64,000 nt of DNA, taken from NCBI GenBank assembly GCA_963701075.1, contig OY969559.1:128001-192000 (forward strand). Direction: 5' to 3'. The first letter of the stretch is position 1. Each line of letters begins with the position of its first letter. The position numbers were made by a program, and so were the translations under genes. Origin of the DNA: an uncultured Nitrososphaerota archaeon. GTDB lineage: Archaea; Thermoproteota; Nitrososphaeria; Nitrososphaerales; Nitrosopumilaceae. This document shows positions 49,446 to 60,134 of the stretch, piece after piece. The notes beneath the pieces are model-generated. The model made no database searches and was not told the DNA's origin. It saw only the letters and a list, made by a program, of their open reading frames with translations.

Positions 49446-50744
49446 GTGAAGATGCCAACTGTCTGGCTTACAAGACTGGCAGGTGAGGGAAAACCCACCA
49501 GGATGATTTCAAAACAGGAAGGTGTCATAATAAATTCCAAATTAATCAGAGTTACACATAATCAAAAATACATGTTAAAAGCAAACGTGATTTGTAGACA
49601 AGGTATTCCTAATGCTGCATATTTATGTGCAATAATATTAGATAAAGACAAAAAAGAAATTGATCGAAAAATAAGATGGATAAACGATTTTAGCGGTAAT
49701 CCAGTTGACTATACCATAATTTTCAAAACTTTTTTAGGAGCTGCATATGCAACACTAGGTTTTCGAATAAATACTGAAAACCAAGGGATTAAGAATCTGG
49801 AGCCAACAAGGGACACCTTTGAAATAGAATTACCATCAGTATCTCTTTTAGGATTAGACACTATTGACAAAGATGCCGAGGAACAGTATGATCATCTAAT
49901 TGCTCCTCCATCTAATCCATTGACAGAAGAAGAAGAAAATACTTTAGAAAGAAAAACTGTGTGGGTTTTTGGCTCTCCTCGATCTGGCTCAACATGGTTA
50001 GCTGCAGGTTTATTGAATCATGAACAAAATATTTTGTGGGATGAACCTTTGGTGGGATATCATATCATAAATTTATATGAATGGTATGAAGATAGAAGTG
50101 ATTTTTTCTATTCTACAATGCACAAGTACTCTTGGCAACAACTATTGAGAAAAATGATTCTTTCAAGGACATATTCACAAGCTCGTACTTTAACAAAAAA
50201 TGTAATCATCAAAGAACCAAACTCTAGTAGTGGCGCTGATTTTATTATGAACTGTCTTCCAAATTCGAAGTTACTTTTCTTGTTAAGGGATGGCAGAGAT
50301 GTTGTCGACTCTATGATTGATGCACACAATCCAAATTCATGGAATAGGGAATTATCACTAATGCCATTGACTGATGCTGCCCATAGATTAGAATATTTAA
50401 AAAAATATTCAGAGAATTGGAGATTTTTTACCGAGGTTGTCTTGAAAGCATATAACAAACATAATCCTGGTTTACGGCTCTTAGTCAAATATGAAGACTT
50501 GAGAAAAGATACCGTAAACCAATTACAAAGAATTTATGACTTTCTCGGTATTGAAATTAGTAAAGAAGCATTAGAATCAATAGTGGAAAAAAATAGGTTT
50601 GAGAATATAAAGCCAGAATTACGCGGATCTGGTAAGTTCCATAGGTCTGCAACACCAGGAAAATGGAAAGAAAACTTTTCAGATGAAGAAAAATATGCAA
50701 TGGAACAGATAATGGGTAATACTTTACGAAAACTAGGATACTAG
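49446..50744 (+). CDS. Sulfotransferase with N-terminal beta-rich (CBM-like) domain
   Basis: GSPRSGSTW, KEP, RDGRDVVDS, KYEDL, GKW. Confidence 0.85.
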   Translation: MKMPTVWLTRLAGEGKPTRMISKQEGVIINSKLIRVTHNQKYMLKANVICRQGIPNAAYLCAIILDKDKKEIDRKIRWINDFSGNPVDYTIIFKTFLGAAYATLGFRINTENQGIKNLEPTRDTFEIELPSVSLLGLDTIDKDAEEQYDHLIAPPSNPLTEEEENTLERKTVWVFGSPRSGSTWLAAGLLNHEQNILWDEPLVGYHIINLYEWYEDRSDFFYSTMHKYSWQQLLRKMILSRTYSQARTLTKNVIIKEPNSSSGADFIMNCLPNSKLLFLLRDGRDVVDSMIDAHNPNSWNRELSLMPLTDAAHRLEYLKKYSENWRFFTEVVLKAYNKHNPGLRLLVKYEDLRKDTVNQLQRIYDFLGIEISKEALESIVEKNRFENIKPELRGSGKFHRSATPGKWKENFSDEEKYAMEQIMGNTLRKLGY

Positions 50745-50843
50745 TTCAAGAGTTCCATCTTTCTCAGATGTTTCCTTGCTTCAACTAAAGATTGTTATGA
50801 CTGGCAAGTAATGTTTTGATATCATACCACTAAAATCAGTTCA

Positions 50844-51599
50844 TTATGTTCTTATTTGTGATGCAAACTGTCTGTACTTTTCAACTACAGTTTTTGGATC
50901 TCCATATTCCTGAATCCTACCATTGTGTATCCATAGTACATTGTCACAAAGTTTTTCCATCTGTTCTACTGCATGTGATACAAATACAATCGTTTTCCCT
51001 TTCTTTTTAAATTCCATAAATGCGTTAAAGCTCTTCTCCTGGAACGAGATATCACCTACTGATAACACCTCATCTACAAGTAAGATATCTGGGTCTACCT
51101 GAATTGCAGTAGAAAACGCCAATCTGGCGTTCATTCCTGATGAAAAGTTCTTCAATTTTGTATCAAGGAATTTTTCAAGCTCTGCAAATCTGGATATATC
51201 TTCTATCTTTTGTGTGATCTCTTTTTTTGTAAATCCCAGAATTACACCGTATATTATTATGTTGTCCCTTGCAGTAAGTTCTCCATTAAATCCTGTTCCA
51301 AGCTCCAAGAAAGGAATTACTTTACCATTTATGATTACATTTCCTTTGTCAGGACGGTATATTCTTCCTATTATCTTAAGTAGCGTGGTCTTGCCGCTTC
51401 CATTGAATCCTATTATCCCAAGCATCTGGCCTTTTCTTACTGAAAAAGAGATATCTTTTAGAACTGGAAGTTCCTCAAAGGTTCGCTTTTTATCAAAAAA
51501 TGATGTGATGTATTCAAATACAGAGGTTCTTTTTTCATGAAACAGCCTAAATGACTTGGATACGTTTTTCACTATGATGGAATAGCTGTCTTCTTCCAA
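50844..51599 (-). CDS. wzt: Polysaccharide ABC exporter ATPase without C-terminal CBM
   Basis: GFNGSGKTT, FSSGMNARLAF, DEVLSVGD..FQEK. TTG start at 51599 is inferred. Confidence 0.9.
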   Translation of the reverse strand: MEEDSYSIIVKNVSKSFRLFHEKRTSVFEYITSFFDKKRTFEELPVLKDISFSVRKGQMLGIIGFNGSGKTTLLKIIGRIYRPDKGNVIINGKVIPFLELGTGFNGELTARDNIIIYGVILGFTKKEITQKIEDISRFAELEKFLDTKLKNFSSGMNARLAFSTAIQVDPDILLVDEVLSVGDISFQEKSFNAFMEFKKKGKTIVFVSHAVEQMEKLCDNVLWIHNGRIQEYGDPKTVVEKYRQFASQIRT

Positions 51600-51600
51600 T

Positions 51601-52377
51601 CTAGATCTCCTCGACAAGTCTTTTATCTTTGAGCCTAAAAACAAGGTACCCAACTATGAAAATTACAGCTGTTGAAATTATCATATATGATGTTTCAAGA
51701 GCAGTTGGAAGTGTGCCGTAGAGTACAAGGCCACGAGATGTATCAAGTATTGGTACAAGTGGATTTATTTCAAGTATATTTCTTATATTTTCAGGATAGA
51801 TGCCAAGCGTGTAAAATATTGGAGTAAGAAAAAAGCCAGCTTGTAGTGCAATCTGCCAGATAAACTTGATATCCCTAAAGTATACTGTCAGGGGCGACAA
51901 GATAAGAGAGACCCCAAAGGAGAGTACGAAAAGATCTACAAGTAAGAGGGGCAGCAAAGCAATTGTTACAGGTGGGACGAAATGAAATATCACAACAAAA
52001 AAGGCAAATGCGATAAACTCAAAGCACATCATTATAAATGAGGTAAGAGATGAGCTAAGAACTATAATCTCTCTTCTAAAGTAGACTTTCTTTATTATGC
52101 CTGATTTATCAAGGAGACTTGTCTGTCCCATCGAGGTTGCCCTTGAGAACATGTACCAGATTACAAGTCCCAGAAGAAGATAGAGCGGAAAGTCCGGTAT
52201 TGTATTCTTAAATATATTGGTAAAGACAAAGTAAAGGACTCCAAGCATCAAAAGTGGCTCAAGAAAGGACCACAAAAAACCAAGTACTGAGTTCCTGTAC
52301 CTTATCCTAACATCATTGAAGGCAAGAAGTACGATAAGTGACCTGTGGCTCCATATCTCTTCTAAAAGGCTTGACAT
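51601..52377 (-). CDS. wzm: Polysaccharide ABC exporter permease
   Basis: RYRNSVLGFLWSFLEPL, FRDIKFIW, TPIFY, NPL. Confidence 0.92.
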   Translation of the reverse strand: MSSLLEEIWSHRSLIVLLAFNDVRIRYRNSVLGFLWSFLEPLLMLGVLYFVFTNIFKNTIPDFPLYLLLGLVIWYMFSRATSMGQTSLLDKSGIIKKVYFRREIIVLSSSLTSFIMMCFEFIAFAFFVVIFHFVPPVTIALLPLLLVDLFVLSFGVSLILSPLTVYFRDIKFIWQIALQAGFFLTPIFYTLGIYPENIRNILEINPLVPILDTSRGLVLYGTLPTALETSYMIISTAVIFIVGYLVFRLKDKRLVEEI

Positions 52378-52542
52378 TGAGCAGAATCTACTCTTGTTAG
52401 TATTATAATGTTAACCTCTAGTCTGAATTTGATTACCATATATTTACTGGATTATTCCCATGTCTCAGATAGTTTGATTTACAACCTTTATGGCCCAAAT
52501 TTATAATAGAACTCAAAAAATGTCTTGTTCTAAATTTATCTA

Positions 52543-53424
52543 CTATAATGATCGTCTTGAAGTCCTAACAATACTGAATAGGACAACCGACATTAACAAC
52601 AACATTAAGCCAATCAAAAGTGCTCCAAAAGCCACTAGGGTCAGCGGTATTGAGAAATATCTTGACTCGTTAAAATAAGATAATACCATAACAGAAGAGA
52701 CTGCACCGACTATAAGAAATCCCAATCCCGGCAACCCCAAGTACTTTAATGGATGTTTCAATGCAATAAGTTCTATCAGGGATGCCAGCACCTCAGTGGT
52801 ATGAGAAACAGGGTTTTTCGTGGATGTTTTTGATCCTGTGTTGTACAGTACCGTTATTTTTTTTTCAGTAATTTTTAATCCCTTTTTGAACGCATCTATC
52901 AAGATCTCTGAATCTGACCCAAAGCCATTAGAAACAAAGTTGATAGTCTCTATGGCCTTTTTTGAGTATGCTCGAAATCCACTCTGAGTATCCCTAAAGG
53001 GTAGGTCTGAAGCAATCTTTGTTACTCTATCGAGCATCTTGTTACCGACCATTCTATATTTTGGCATCTCTTTTGAATTATCAAAACGATAACCAATTAC
53101 TACATCATATTGGTCCTTTTCTATAGGAGCTATCAATTTGTCCATTTCTTCTGGTAAGAATTGTCCATCTCCATCTATTGTAACCATTATGTCTGCATTT
53201 ATCTCTCTTGCATACTTGAACAGAGATTGTAATGCAGCACCCTTGCCCAAGTTTTTTTGATGTTTGATAACAGTTGCGCCTTCCTCTTTAGAAATTTCTG
53301 CTGTTTGATCTGATGAACCATCATCGCACACCACAACAATATCTACATAATTTAATGCTCTTTTAATTACATCCGCTATTTTTTCTTCCACATTGAATGC
53401 AGGTATGGATGCTACTTTTAACAT
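52543..53424 (-). CDS. GT2 DPM1-like glycosyltransferase (paralogue of 28585-29460)
   Basis: IPAFN, DDGSSD, DGDGQ, DTQSGFRAY. Confidence 0.9.
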   Translation of the reverse strand: MLKVASIPAFNVEEKIADVIKRALNYVDIVVVCDDGSSDQTAEISKEEGATVIKHQKNLGKGAALQSLFKYAREINADIMVTIDGDGQFLPEEMDKLIAPIEKDQYDVVIGYRFDNSKEMPKYRMVGNKMLDRVTKIASDLPFRDTQSGFRAYSKKAIETINFVSNGFGSDSEILIDAFKKGLKITEKKITVLYNTGSKTSTKNPVSHTTEVLASLIELIALKHPLKYLGLPGLGFLIVGAVSSVMVLSYFNESRYFSIPLTLVAFGALLIGLMLLLMSVVLFSIVRTSRRSL

Positions 53425-53523
53425 TACAATAAACGGTTGGCTGACTTCAATATATCCTCTTCAATCAGATATTGTTTGCCTTGATTTATAAAAGTCTAAT
53501 ATGGGTACTTTTGTAGTCTGTCC

Positions 53524-54825
53524 ATGAGATTAGGGGTTGCCATAGATTATGGAAAATATGCAAATGCTTCCAGTCTACATCTAATTGCAAGAAAAATATT
53601 TTTAGAACTTGGAAAGTTGATGAACAAAAAAAAGACTTTCACTGTATCAGCTTTACTATATGAAAATATTGGCATTGGAGATGTCAATCAACACTATGAC
53701 TGTATCAGTGTACCAAATATGGGAGGATACAAATTTCCTCACAAGGGTATCCTTACTGCAAATAATGTGGTAATAGGTTTGTCTGGAATAGACGAGGTAG
53801 TTTTGGGTCCTGCCGTCTTCAAAAATAAACTAGATTGGGAGAGAGTAAAACCACTCATAAGCAAAGAAATTTCAAATTGGAAAAAAGATGTCAATAAAAT
53901 AAACTTCATACATGTTCCATCTAATTCAGACAAGAAGCAGATGATAGAATATCTAAAAATCCCAGAGGAGAAGCTGCATGTCATATATCATGGTGTAGAC
54001 GGGGAAAAATTCTTTCCACCCAAAAATAAGAATGAAGTAATGAAAAAAATGGCTAGTGCATTCTATTTCCATCGATATAATCCCTATATCATTCACATAA
54101 GTGAAAGTAATTGGGCAAGAAAAAATGTATTTAGACTGCTAGAGGCGTTCAAGATTGCAAAGGAGCAAGGGATCAGACACAATCTCTTCATAATAGGAAG
54201 AATGGATCCCATAGTATATGAAAAAGCCCAACAGATAACCGATGTTAAAATTCTGGGTTTTGTGTCAGAGGAACACTTGGCAATGTTGCTACAAGGAGCT
54301 GATGCATTGATCCTTCCTTCCCTCCATGAAGGTTTTGGTTTGCCACTAGCTGAAGCCATGGCCTGTGGTGTACCAGTGGTTACGTCAAATGTTTTCAGTC
54401 CTCCCGAGATAGCTGGCAGTGGAGGCCTATTTGTAGACCCGTACAATGTTTCTGACATCGCAGACAAGATAATAGAGATCTCAAAAAATGACTCACTTAG
54501 GGATTCTCTGTCAAGAAATGCCATAGAAGAATCTAGAAAATATTCATGGGAAAATGCAGCAATGACTTTGTTGAGCCTGATCGAAAAGAATACCAAGCCA
54601 AATTCTAAAGATTTTGATTTTTTAGAAAGCTATGACATGGCTGCATACCGAACACTTGTTTCAATTTGTCAGATGAAACATGATTTCTATAATACAGTAG
54701 TGAATGACCTTCTAAAGTGTGATTATAATAGAATAATAAATTGGGCGCTTGAGATTGGTTTGAAAGATCCCGATATAAGAGACTACCTTCTACCATTTGA
54801 GGAATGGTTAGTTTCTCATAGTTAA
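53524..54825 (+). CDS. GT4 glycosyltransferase
   Basis: PSLHEGFGLPLAEAMACGVPVV. Confidence 0.9.
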   Translation: MRLGVAIDYGKYANASSLHLIARKIFLELGKLMNKKKTFTVSALLYENIGIGDVNQHYDCISVPNMGGYKFPHKGILTANNVVIGLSGIDEVVLGPAVFKNKLDWERVKPLISKEISNWKKDVNKINFIHVPSNSDKKQMIEYLKIPEEKLHVIYHGVDGEKFFPPKNKNEVMKKMASAFYFHRYNPYIIHISESNWARKNVFRLLEAFKIAKEQGIRHNLFIIGRMDPIVYEKAQQITDVKILGFVSEEHLAMLLQGADALILPSLHEGFGLPLAEAMACGVPVVTSNVFSPPEIAGSGGLFVDPYNVSDIADKIIEISKNDSLRDSLSRNAIEESRKYSWENAAMTLLSLIEKNTKPNSKDFDFLESYDMAAYRTLVSICQMKHDFYNTVVNDLLKCDYNRIINWALEIGLKDPDIRDYLLPFEEWLVSHS

Positions 54826-54859
54826 AGTAGACCATTCTGGAAGGGAAGTTGAGGTTGTA

Positions 54860-56680
54860 ATGCAGCTAAAGTCAAGATATAGAAAGCTCACTAGACTTGC
54901 ACATTCTTCATCAGGTATGATTCGTGAATTTGGTTTCATTTTTTTCTTGAATACTGCATATTTCGAACTAAAGAAAAACAAGTTTTCAGTATTTTCACCA
55001 ATTCGAGAATTTAAAAAGCCGCCAAAGATCGCTTCACAATCTTCCTATAATCAATGGCTGAAAATTCATGAGATCACAGATAAAATGGAACAGGAAATGA
55101 AAGATAAATCGCAGAGATTTTCAAAGTTAAAGATGGCAGTGGTCATTTCACTTTACGATAGCAACAAGAAATTGTTTTCAGAAACCTTGAATTCCACACT
55201 CTCGCAAATCTATGAGAATTGGACAATTTACTTTGATTGTCAGGAATCTATTACAAAAGAAATTAGAGAATTGGCAAAAAAAACTGACCTTGAAGATAAG
55301 AGGATAAACTTTATGGAAAATAATTTCCAAAATTTTGATTTAGAAAATTTTGATTATTGCATTTTTGTAAACGGAGGAAGCGTTTTGACCAAAGATGCGC
55401 TCTATAGGATTGCCAGCCACTTAAATGAAGAACCAGAAGCTGACATAATTTATTCAGATGAGGATTTCATTGATTCTGGAAAGAGAACCACACCATTTTT
55501 TAAACCTGATTGGTCTCCAGAGACTTTTTTGAGCATGGATTATCTATCTAGCTTTTACGCAGTAAGAGCCGAACTTTTGAAGGAGACTTCATTTAGAGAC
55601 AATTACGGAGATGCTAAACATTACGATCTTCTGCTCAGACTTGGTGAAAAGACAAATAAAATAAGCCACATATCAACAGTGCTTGTAAGCATCAGAGAAC
55701 CAAGATGCAAAGAAACAGATGAGTCCATACAAAGCGCCATAAGATGCCTAACCGAAGCACTCAAACGGAGAAATATCAAGGGTGAGGTAGTAAGGGGTAA
55801 GAACAATGCAAAGGATTGGCCAATTTTTAGAATCAAATACGAGGTAGAAAAGGATCAGAAGGTAAGCATAATCATACCTACGAAGGATAACGTATCTCTT
55901 TTAAAGCGCTGCCTTTTAGCTTTAAAGAAAACAACATACAAAAATTATGAGATTGTCATAATAGATAACAACAGTACCAAGCAAGAAACGTTGTCATATC
56001 TCAAATCTTTGCCCTATACAATTGTACGATATCCAAATCAGTTCAACTTCTCAAAAATGAATAATCTTGCAGTAACCAAAACCTCAGGTGAATATTTGCT
56101 CTTCCTAAATGATGATACTGCCCCATTAGAACCAAATTGGCTTTCAGAGATGGTAGGTGCATGTAATCAAGATGGCGTGGGGGCAGTTGGTGCAAAACTT
56201 GTCCATTTAGATAATACCATACAACATGCAGGAATAGTTCTACTAAAGACCGGAGCAGGTTTTCACCCATGGCAGAATGTACCATCAAACGAGCCAGTGA
56301 ATTTTGGGTTCCTCAATTTGAGTAGAAATTGTACTGCGGTAACCGGAGCATGTTTACTGATAAAAAAAACAGTATTTGAAGAAATAGGTGGATATGATGA
56401 TGAATTTGATTTGTATTACGGTGATACTGATCTTTGCATGAAGGTGGTTGATATGGGGTACAGAGTTGTGTATAATCCATATGCAAAATTATTGCATCAA
56501 GGATCTAGCACTATCAAAGAACATTCCTCTGCCTTTTTTGCGGTGGAAAATCACTATCATTTTGTAAAAAAATGGCCGCACATAAAAAAGGGCGATCCCT
56601 TTTACAATCCCAACCTTGAATGGAATTACGAGATTAACTTGAACCCTATTGAAACAGTCACCACCGAATCTACATATTAA
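54860..56680 (+). CDS. Tandem GT2 glycosyltransferase (RfbC/WsaE-like, probable rhamnosyltransferase)
   Basis: IYSDED..PFFKPDWSP, then VSIIIPTKD, FLNDD, IQHAG, AVTGACL, DPFYNPNL. Confidence 0.88.
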   Translation: MQLKSRYRKLTRLAHSSSGMIREFGFIFFLNTAYFELKKNKFSVFSPIREFKKPPKIASQSSYNQWLKIHEITDKMEQEMKDKSQRFSKLKMAVVISLYDSNKKLFSETLNSTLSQIYENWTIYFDCQESITKEIRELAKKTDLEDKRINFMENNFQNFDLENFDYCIFVNGGSVLTKDALYRIASHLNEEPEADIIYSDEDFIDSGKRTTPFFKPDWSPETFLSMDYLSSFYAVRAELLKETSFRDNYGDAKHYDLLLRLGEKTNKISHISTVLVSIREPRCKETDESIQSAIRCLTEALKRRNIKGEVVRGKNNAKDWPIFRIKYEVEKDQKVSIIIPTKDNVSLLKRCLLALKKTTYKNYEIVIIDNNSTKQETLSYLKSLPYTIVRYPNQFNFSKMNNLAVTKTSGEYLLFLNDDTAPLEPNWLSEMVGACNQDGVGAVGAKLVHLDNTIQHAGIVLLKTGAGFHPWQNVPSNEPVNFGFLNLSRNCTAVTGACLLIKKTVFEEIGGYDDEFDLYYGDTDLCMKVVDMGYRVVYNPYAKLLHQGSSTIKEHSSAFFAVENHYHFVKKWPHIKKGDPFYNPNLEWNYEINLNPIETVTTESTY

Positions 56681-56708
56681 TTAAGGTTTATCAGGTAAAA
56701 TATTTGAT

Positions 56709-59363
56709 ATGAAATTTTTAGGTAATACAAAATCAGAGATGTTAAAAAAATATACAGAATTTTTGAACGATACATATAATGAGCTATTGCACAGGCCCCC
56801 AGACAAGGCTGGATTGGATCACTACATCTCAGAACTGGCAAACAAAAAAATTACGATGGAAGGTGTGAGAAAGGAGATTTTAGAATCGGAGGAAAGAAAA
56901 CTCGTTCTTGCTGAAGAAAAGCTCGCTCTTGCTGAAGAAAAATACAAAAAACCGTTGGAGGAGCTGTATGATGAGCTATTGCGCAGGCCTCCAGACAAGG
57001 CGGGATTGGATCATTATATCGGGTTACTGGCAAACGAAAAAATTACGATGGAAGGTGTGAGAAAGGAGATTTTAGAATCGGAGGAAGGAAGGAATGTACA
57101 GTCTTTTTCGCATTATTCAGCAAAATACTGGAACGATTTGAAAGAGGTGCAGAGATACAAGAATAGGTTAGCAACCGGAGATGAATCAACGGAGATATGC
57201 CAAACAAAGAAAAGTTATACATTGTTGTGCAACATTTGTGGCTCCAAGAAAGGATTTATCAACAGTCACCATGGTGCTTTGAGAGAAGGACTTTCTTGCA
57301 AAAATTGCGGTTCAACCAGTAGAGATAGAGGATACATTTGGACATTAGGATATGCCATGAAATTAGAAAACATGCCGCTTTGTGATTGGCCAATCAATAA
57401 ATCGATAAAAATACTTGAGACGTCAGGATATAGAAGTTATCCAAAATATTTGACTGAAAAATTCGACTACTATAATCCAAAATTTTCAGATGATCCAAAA
57501 TTACTAGATGAAAATCCCAAGGAATTTGCAGACGTTGAAAATTTACAGTATGAAAAAGATTTCTTCGATTATGTGATCTCTTCTGATGTTTTTGAACACG
57601 TACGAAGAGACAACGTGGCCTTTGAGAATATATATAATGTGTTGAAGCCTGGAGGCCTTTTTGTCCTAACTGCACCATTGGTTTTGGGTTTACCAGAAAA
57701 CCAAAACAGGATCAAAATAGGAGAAACACAAGAACAAGATGTTCCATTACTGAGCAAATTCTATCATTCAGATAACTCGTTGGTATACAGAGTTTATGGG
57801 CTGGAAATTTTACAACAATTAAACCAATTTGGCTTCTTCAGCGTGATAATCAATCTCCAACAGCCGGAATTTAATATAAGTACTCAAGAAGTGGTCTTGA
57901 GCAGAAAGAACAATCCCATACAACTGGACAGGTTGTATGGTGACACCAATGTTTCCATGATCAAAAATATTGCACAAGGTAATGCAATATCAGAGGAGCT
58001 CTTGAAAAAATATACGGAAATTTTGAATGATGCATATAATGAGCTATTGCACAGGCCCCCAGACAAGGCTGGATTGGATCACTACATCTCGGAACTGGCA
58101 AACGATACAATTACTATTGAAGATGTGATAAAGGAGATTTTAGAAACGGAGGAAGGAAAACTCGTTCTTGCTGAAGAAAAATACAAAAAACCGTTGGAGG
58201 AGCTGTATGATGAGCTATTGCGTAGGCCTCCAGACAAGGCTGGATTGGATCACTACATCTCGGAACTGGCAAACGATACAATTACTATTGAAGGTGTAAG
58301 AAAGGAGATTTTAGAATCAGAGGAAGGAAAACTTGCTCTTGCTGAAGAAAAGCTCGCTCTTGCTGAAGAAAAATACAAAAAACCGTTGGAGGAGCTGTAT
58401 AACCAGTTATTGCGCAGGCCTCCAGACAAGGCGGGATTGGATCACTATATCTCAGAACTGGCAAACGAAACAATTACTATTGAAGGTGTGAGAAAGGAGA
58501 TTTTAGAATCAGAGGAAGGAAGGAATGTACAGTCTTTTTCGCATTATTCAGCAAAATACTGGAACGATTTGAAAGAGGTGCAGGAATACAAGAATAGGTT
58601 AGCAACCGGAGATGAATCAAAGGATTGGATCGATGACATATCTTACCGTTTCAACACTTATTTGCCTTTTGAAGACGTTCTAATAGTTGGTTGCGGCAAT
58701 GGATGGCTTGAAAGAAGACTGTATGATCTTGGAATTGGCCTACATTTTGATGCATTTGATATTTCAGAGAAATACTTGAAAATTGCACGGCAAGAAAAGC
58801 ACAACAGGAAAATTAACTATTTTGTTTCTGACATCAATTCCATGGAAAATATAGAAGAAAAAAAATATGATGCCGTCTTCAACTATGCAATACTGCATCA
58901 TGCTGACAATTTAGAGGCTGCTGTGAAAAAACTTGCAAAAGTTCTAAAACCAAATGGTCTAATGTTCAATGAGGAATATGTTGGACCCTCAAGAAATCAA
59001 TATTCTGACCAGCACCTAACAATAATGAGAAATACGATGCTTCAATTGCCTCCTAGATTTAGATCCACATATCCTTTAAGACCCTCCCTAACCAATTTTC
59101 GAGTGGAACCTACTGAGGCAGTTCACTCGGATCTTATTCGTTCCACTTTTAAGAAATATTTTGACACAATCTATGAAAGAAATCTTAATGGAGGCGTGGC
59201 ATATCAAATTTTGTGGAATAACATAGACCCTTTCAAAGACAAGTCAGACATAGAAGCTCAAGATACATTAAAGCACCTCCTAGAAATTGACTATGAATTG
59301 TCTGCAAGTAATCAAGTGCCCATACTATTTTGGTATAGCGTAGGAAAACCAAGAAAAATATAG
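56709..59363 (+). CDS. Protein with five DUF4214-like helical repeats and two class I SAM methyltransferase domains
   Basis: Y.ELL.RPPDKAGLDHY x5; CNIC..CKNC + FDYVISSDVFEH..LKPGG; IVGCGNG...YDAVF...LHH...LKPNG. Confidence 0.85.
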   Translation: MKFLGNTKSEMLKKYTEFLNDTYNELLHRPPDKAGLDHYISELANKKITMEGVRKEILESEERKLVLAEEKLALAEEKYKKPLEELYDELLRRPPDKAGLDHYIGLLANEKITMEGVRKEILESEEGRNVQSFSHYSAKYWNDLKEVQRYKNRLATGDESTEICQTKKSYTLLCNICGSKKGFINSHHGALREGLSCKNCGSTSRDRGYIWTLGYAMKLENMPLCDWPINKSIKILETSGYRSYPKYLTEKFDYYNPKFSDDPKLLDENPKEFADVENLQYEKDFFDYVISSDVFEHVRRDNVAFENIYNVLKPGGLFVLTAPLVLGLPENQNRIKIGETQEQDVPLLSKFYHSDNSLVYRVYGLEILQQLNQFGFFSVIINLQQPEFNISTQEVVLSRKNNPIQLDRLYGDTNVSMIKNIAQGNAISEELLKKYTEILNDAYNELLHRPPDKAGLDHYISELANDTITIEDVIKEILETEEGKLVLAEEKYKKPLEELYDELLRRPPDKAGLDHYISELANDTITIEGVRKEILESEEGKLALAEEKLALAEEKYKKPLEELYNQLLRRPPDKAGLDHYISELANETITIEGVRKEILESEEGRNVQSFSHYSAKYWNDLKEVQEYKNRLATGDESKDWIDDISYRFNTYLPFEDVLIVGCGNGWLERRLYDLGIGLHFDAFDISEKYLKIARQEKHNRKINYFVSDINSMENIEEKKYDAVFNYAILHHADNLEAAVKKLAKVLKPNGLMFNEEYVGPSRNQYSDQHLTIMRNTMLQLPPRFRSTYPLRPSLTNFRVEPTEAVHSDLIRSTFKKYFDTIYERNLNGGVAYQILWNNIDPFKDKSDIEAQDTLKHLLEIDYELSASNQVPILFWYSVGKPRKI

Positions 59364-59380
59364 AATGATGTAGATATAGA

Positions 59381-59424
59381 GACAGATTATTATGAATAAG
59401 ACAGATTATTATGAATAAGACAGA
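59381..59424 (+). repeat. 19-bp tandem duplication over a start codon
   Basis: GACAGATTATTATGAATAA x2 followed by GACAGA. Confidence 0.85.
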
Positions 59425-60094
59425 AAAGGGAATTCTCATTTTTTATTCAATTCTTGCAATTTCGTATCTAGTGATAAACGTGCAGATGAATCAAACCTAT
59501 GCAAACGTCAGATTCCCTAATGAGACTCCATCTCTTGTGAGTGGATTGACCGACAAGTATGAAAATACTGTAGACCATTTGTACAGAGAAATACTTCACA
59601 GGCCTGCAGATAAAACTGGTTTGATGTACTACAGTGATGCGCTTAGGAGCGGCAAGATGACAGTTGATGACATAAGAAATGCACTTGCCAACTCGTCAGA
59701 GGCAAAGGCAGAAGAATCCTCGGCTATGTTAAATGAAACAACAGAGAAAACCATAACGCAATTATACAGCCAGATACTTCACAGGGGACCAGATATTCAT
59801 GGAATGTCATTTTATGGATCCTCGCTTGAAAACGGTAAGATGACAGTTGGTGACATAAGAAATGCACTTGCCAACTCAGATGAAGCTAAGATGTATATGG
59901 CTCCAAACGAGTTTATGCCCGTTTATGAATTAAGCAATAGTACCAAAGATACCATTACCAACATCTACGTCAAGGTGTTTGATAGAACTCCATTAGCAAA
60001 TGAGATGGCATACTATGGTTCCTATCTTCAGAACGGCAGGATGACCCCAGATCAGATACAAAGTATTCTAATGTCTGAGAAGAGTGGACAGTAG
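59411..60094 (+). CDS. Membrane-anchored protein with three DUF4214-like repeats
   Basis: N-terminal TM, LYREILHRPADKTGL.YY...G.MT..DIR..L.NS.EA. Confidence 0.8.
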   Translation: MNKTEKGILIFYSILAISYLVINVQMNQTYANVRFPNETPSLVSGLTDKYENTVDHLYREILHRPADKTGLMYYSDALRSGKMTVDDIRNALANSSEAKAEESSAMLNETTEKTITQLYSQILHRGPDIHGMSFYGSSLENGKMTVGDIRNALANSDEAKMYMAPNEFMPVYELSNSTKDTITNIYVKVFDRTPLANEMAYYGSYLQNGRMTPDQIQSILMSEKSGQ

Positions 60095-60134
60095 TTTCCA
60101 TCAAGTACAATGATATTACTGAGAAACTAGCTCG

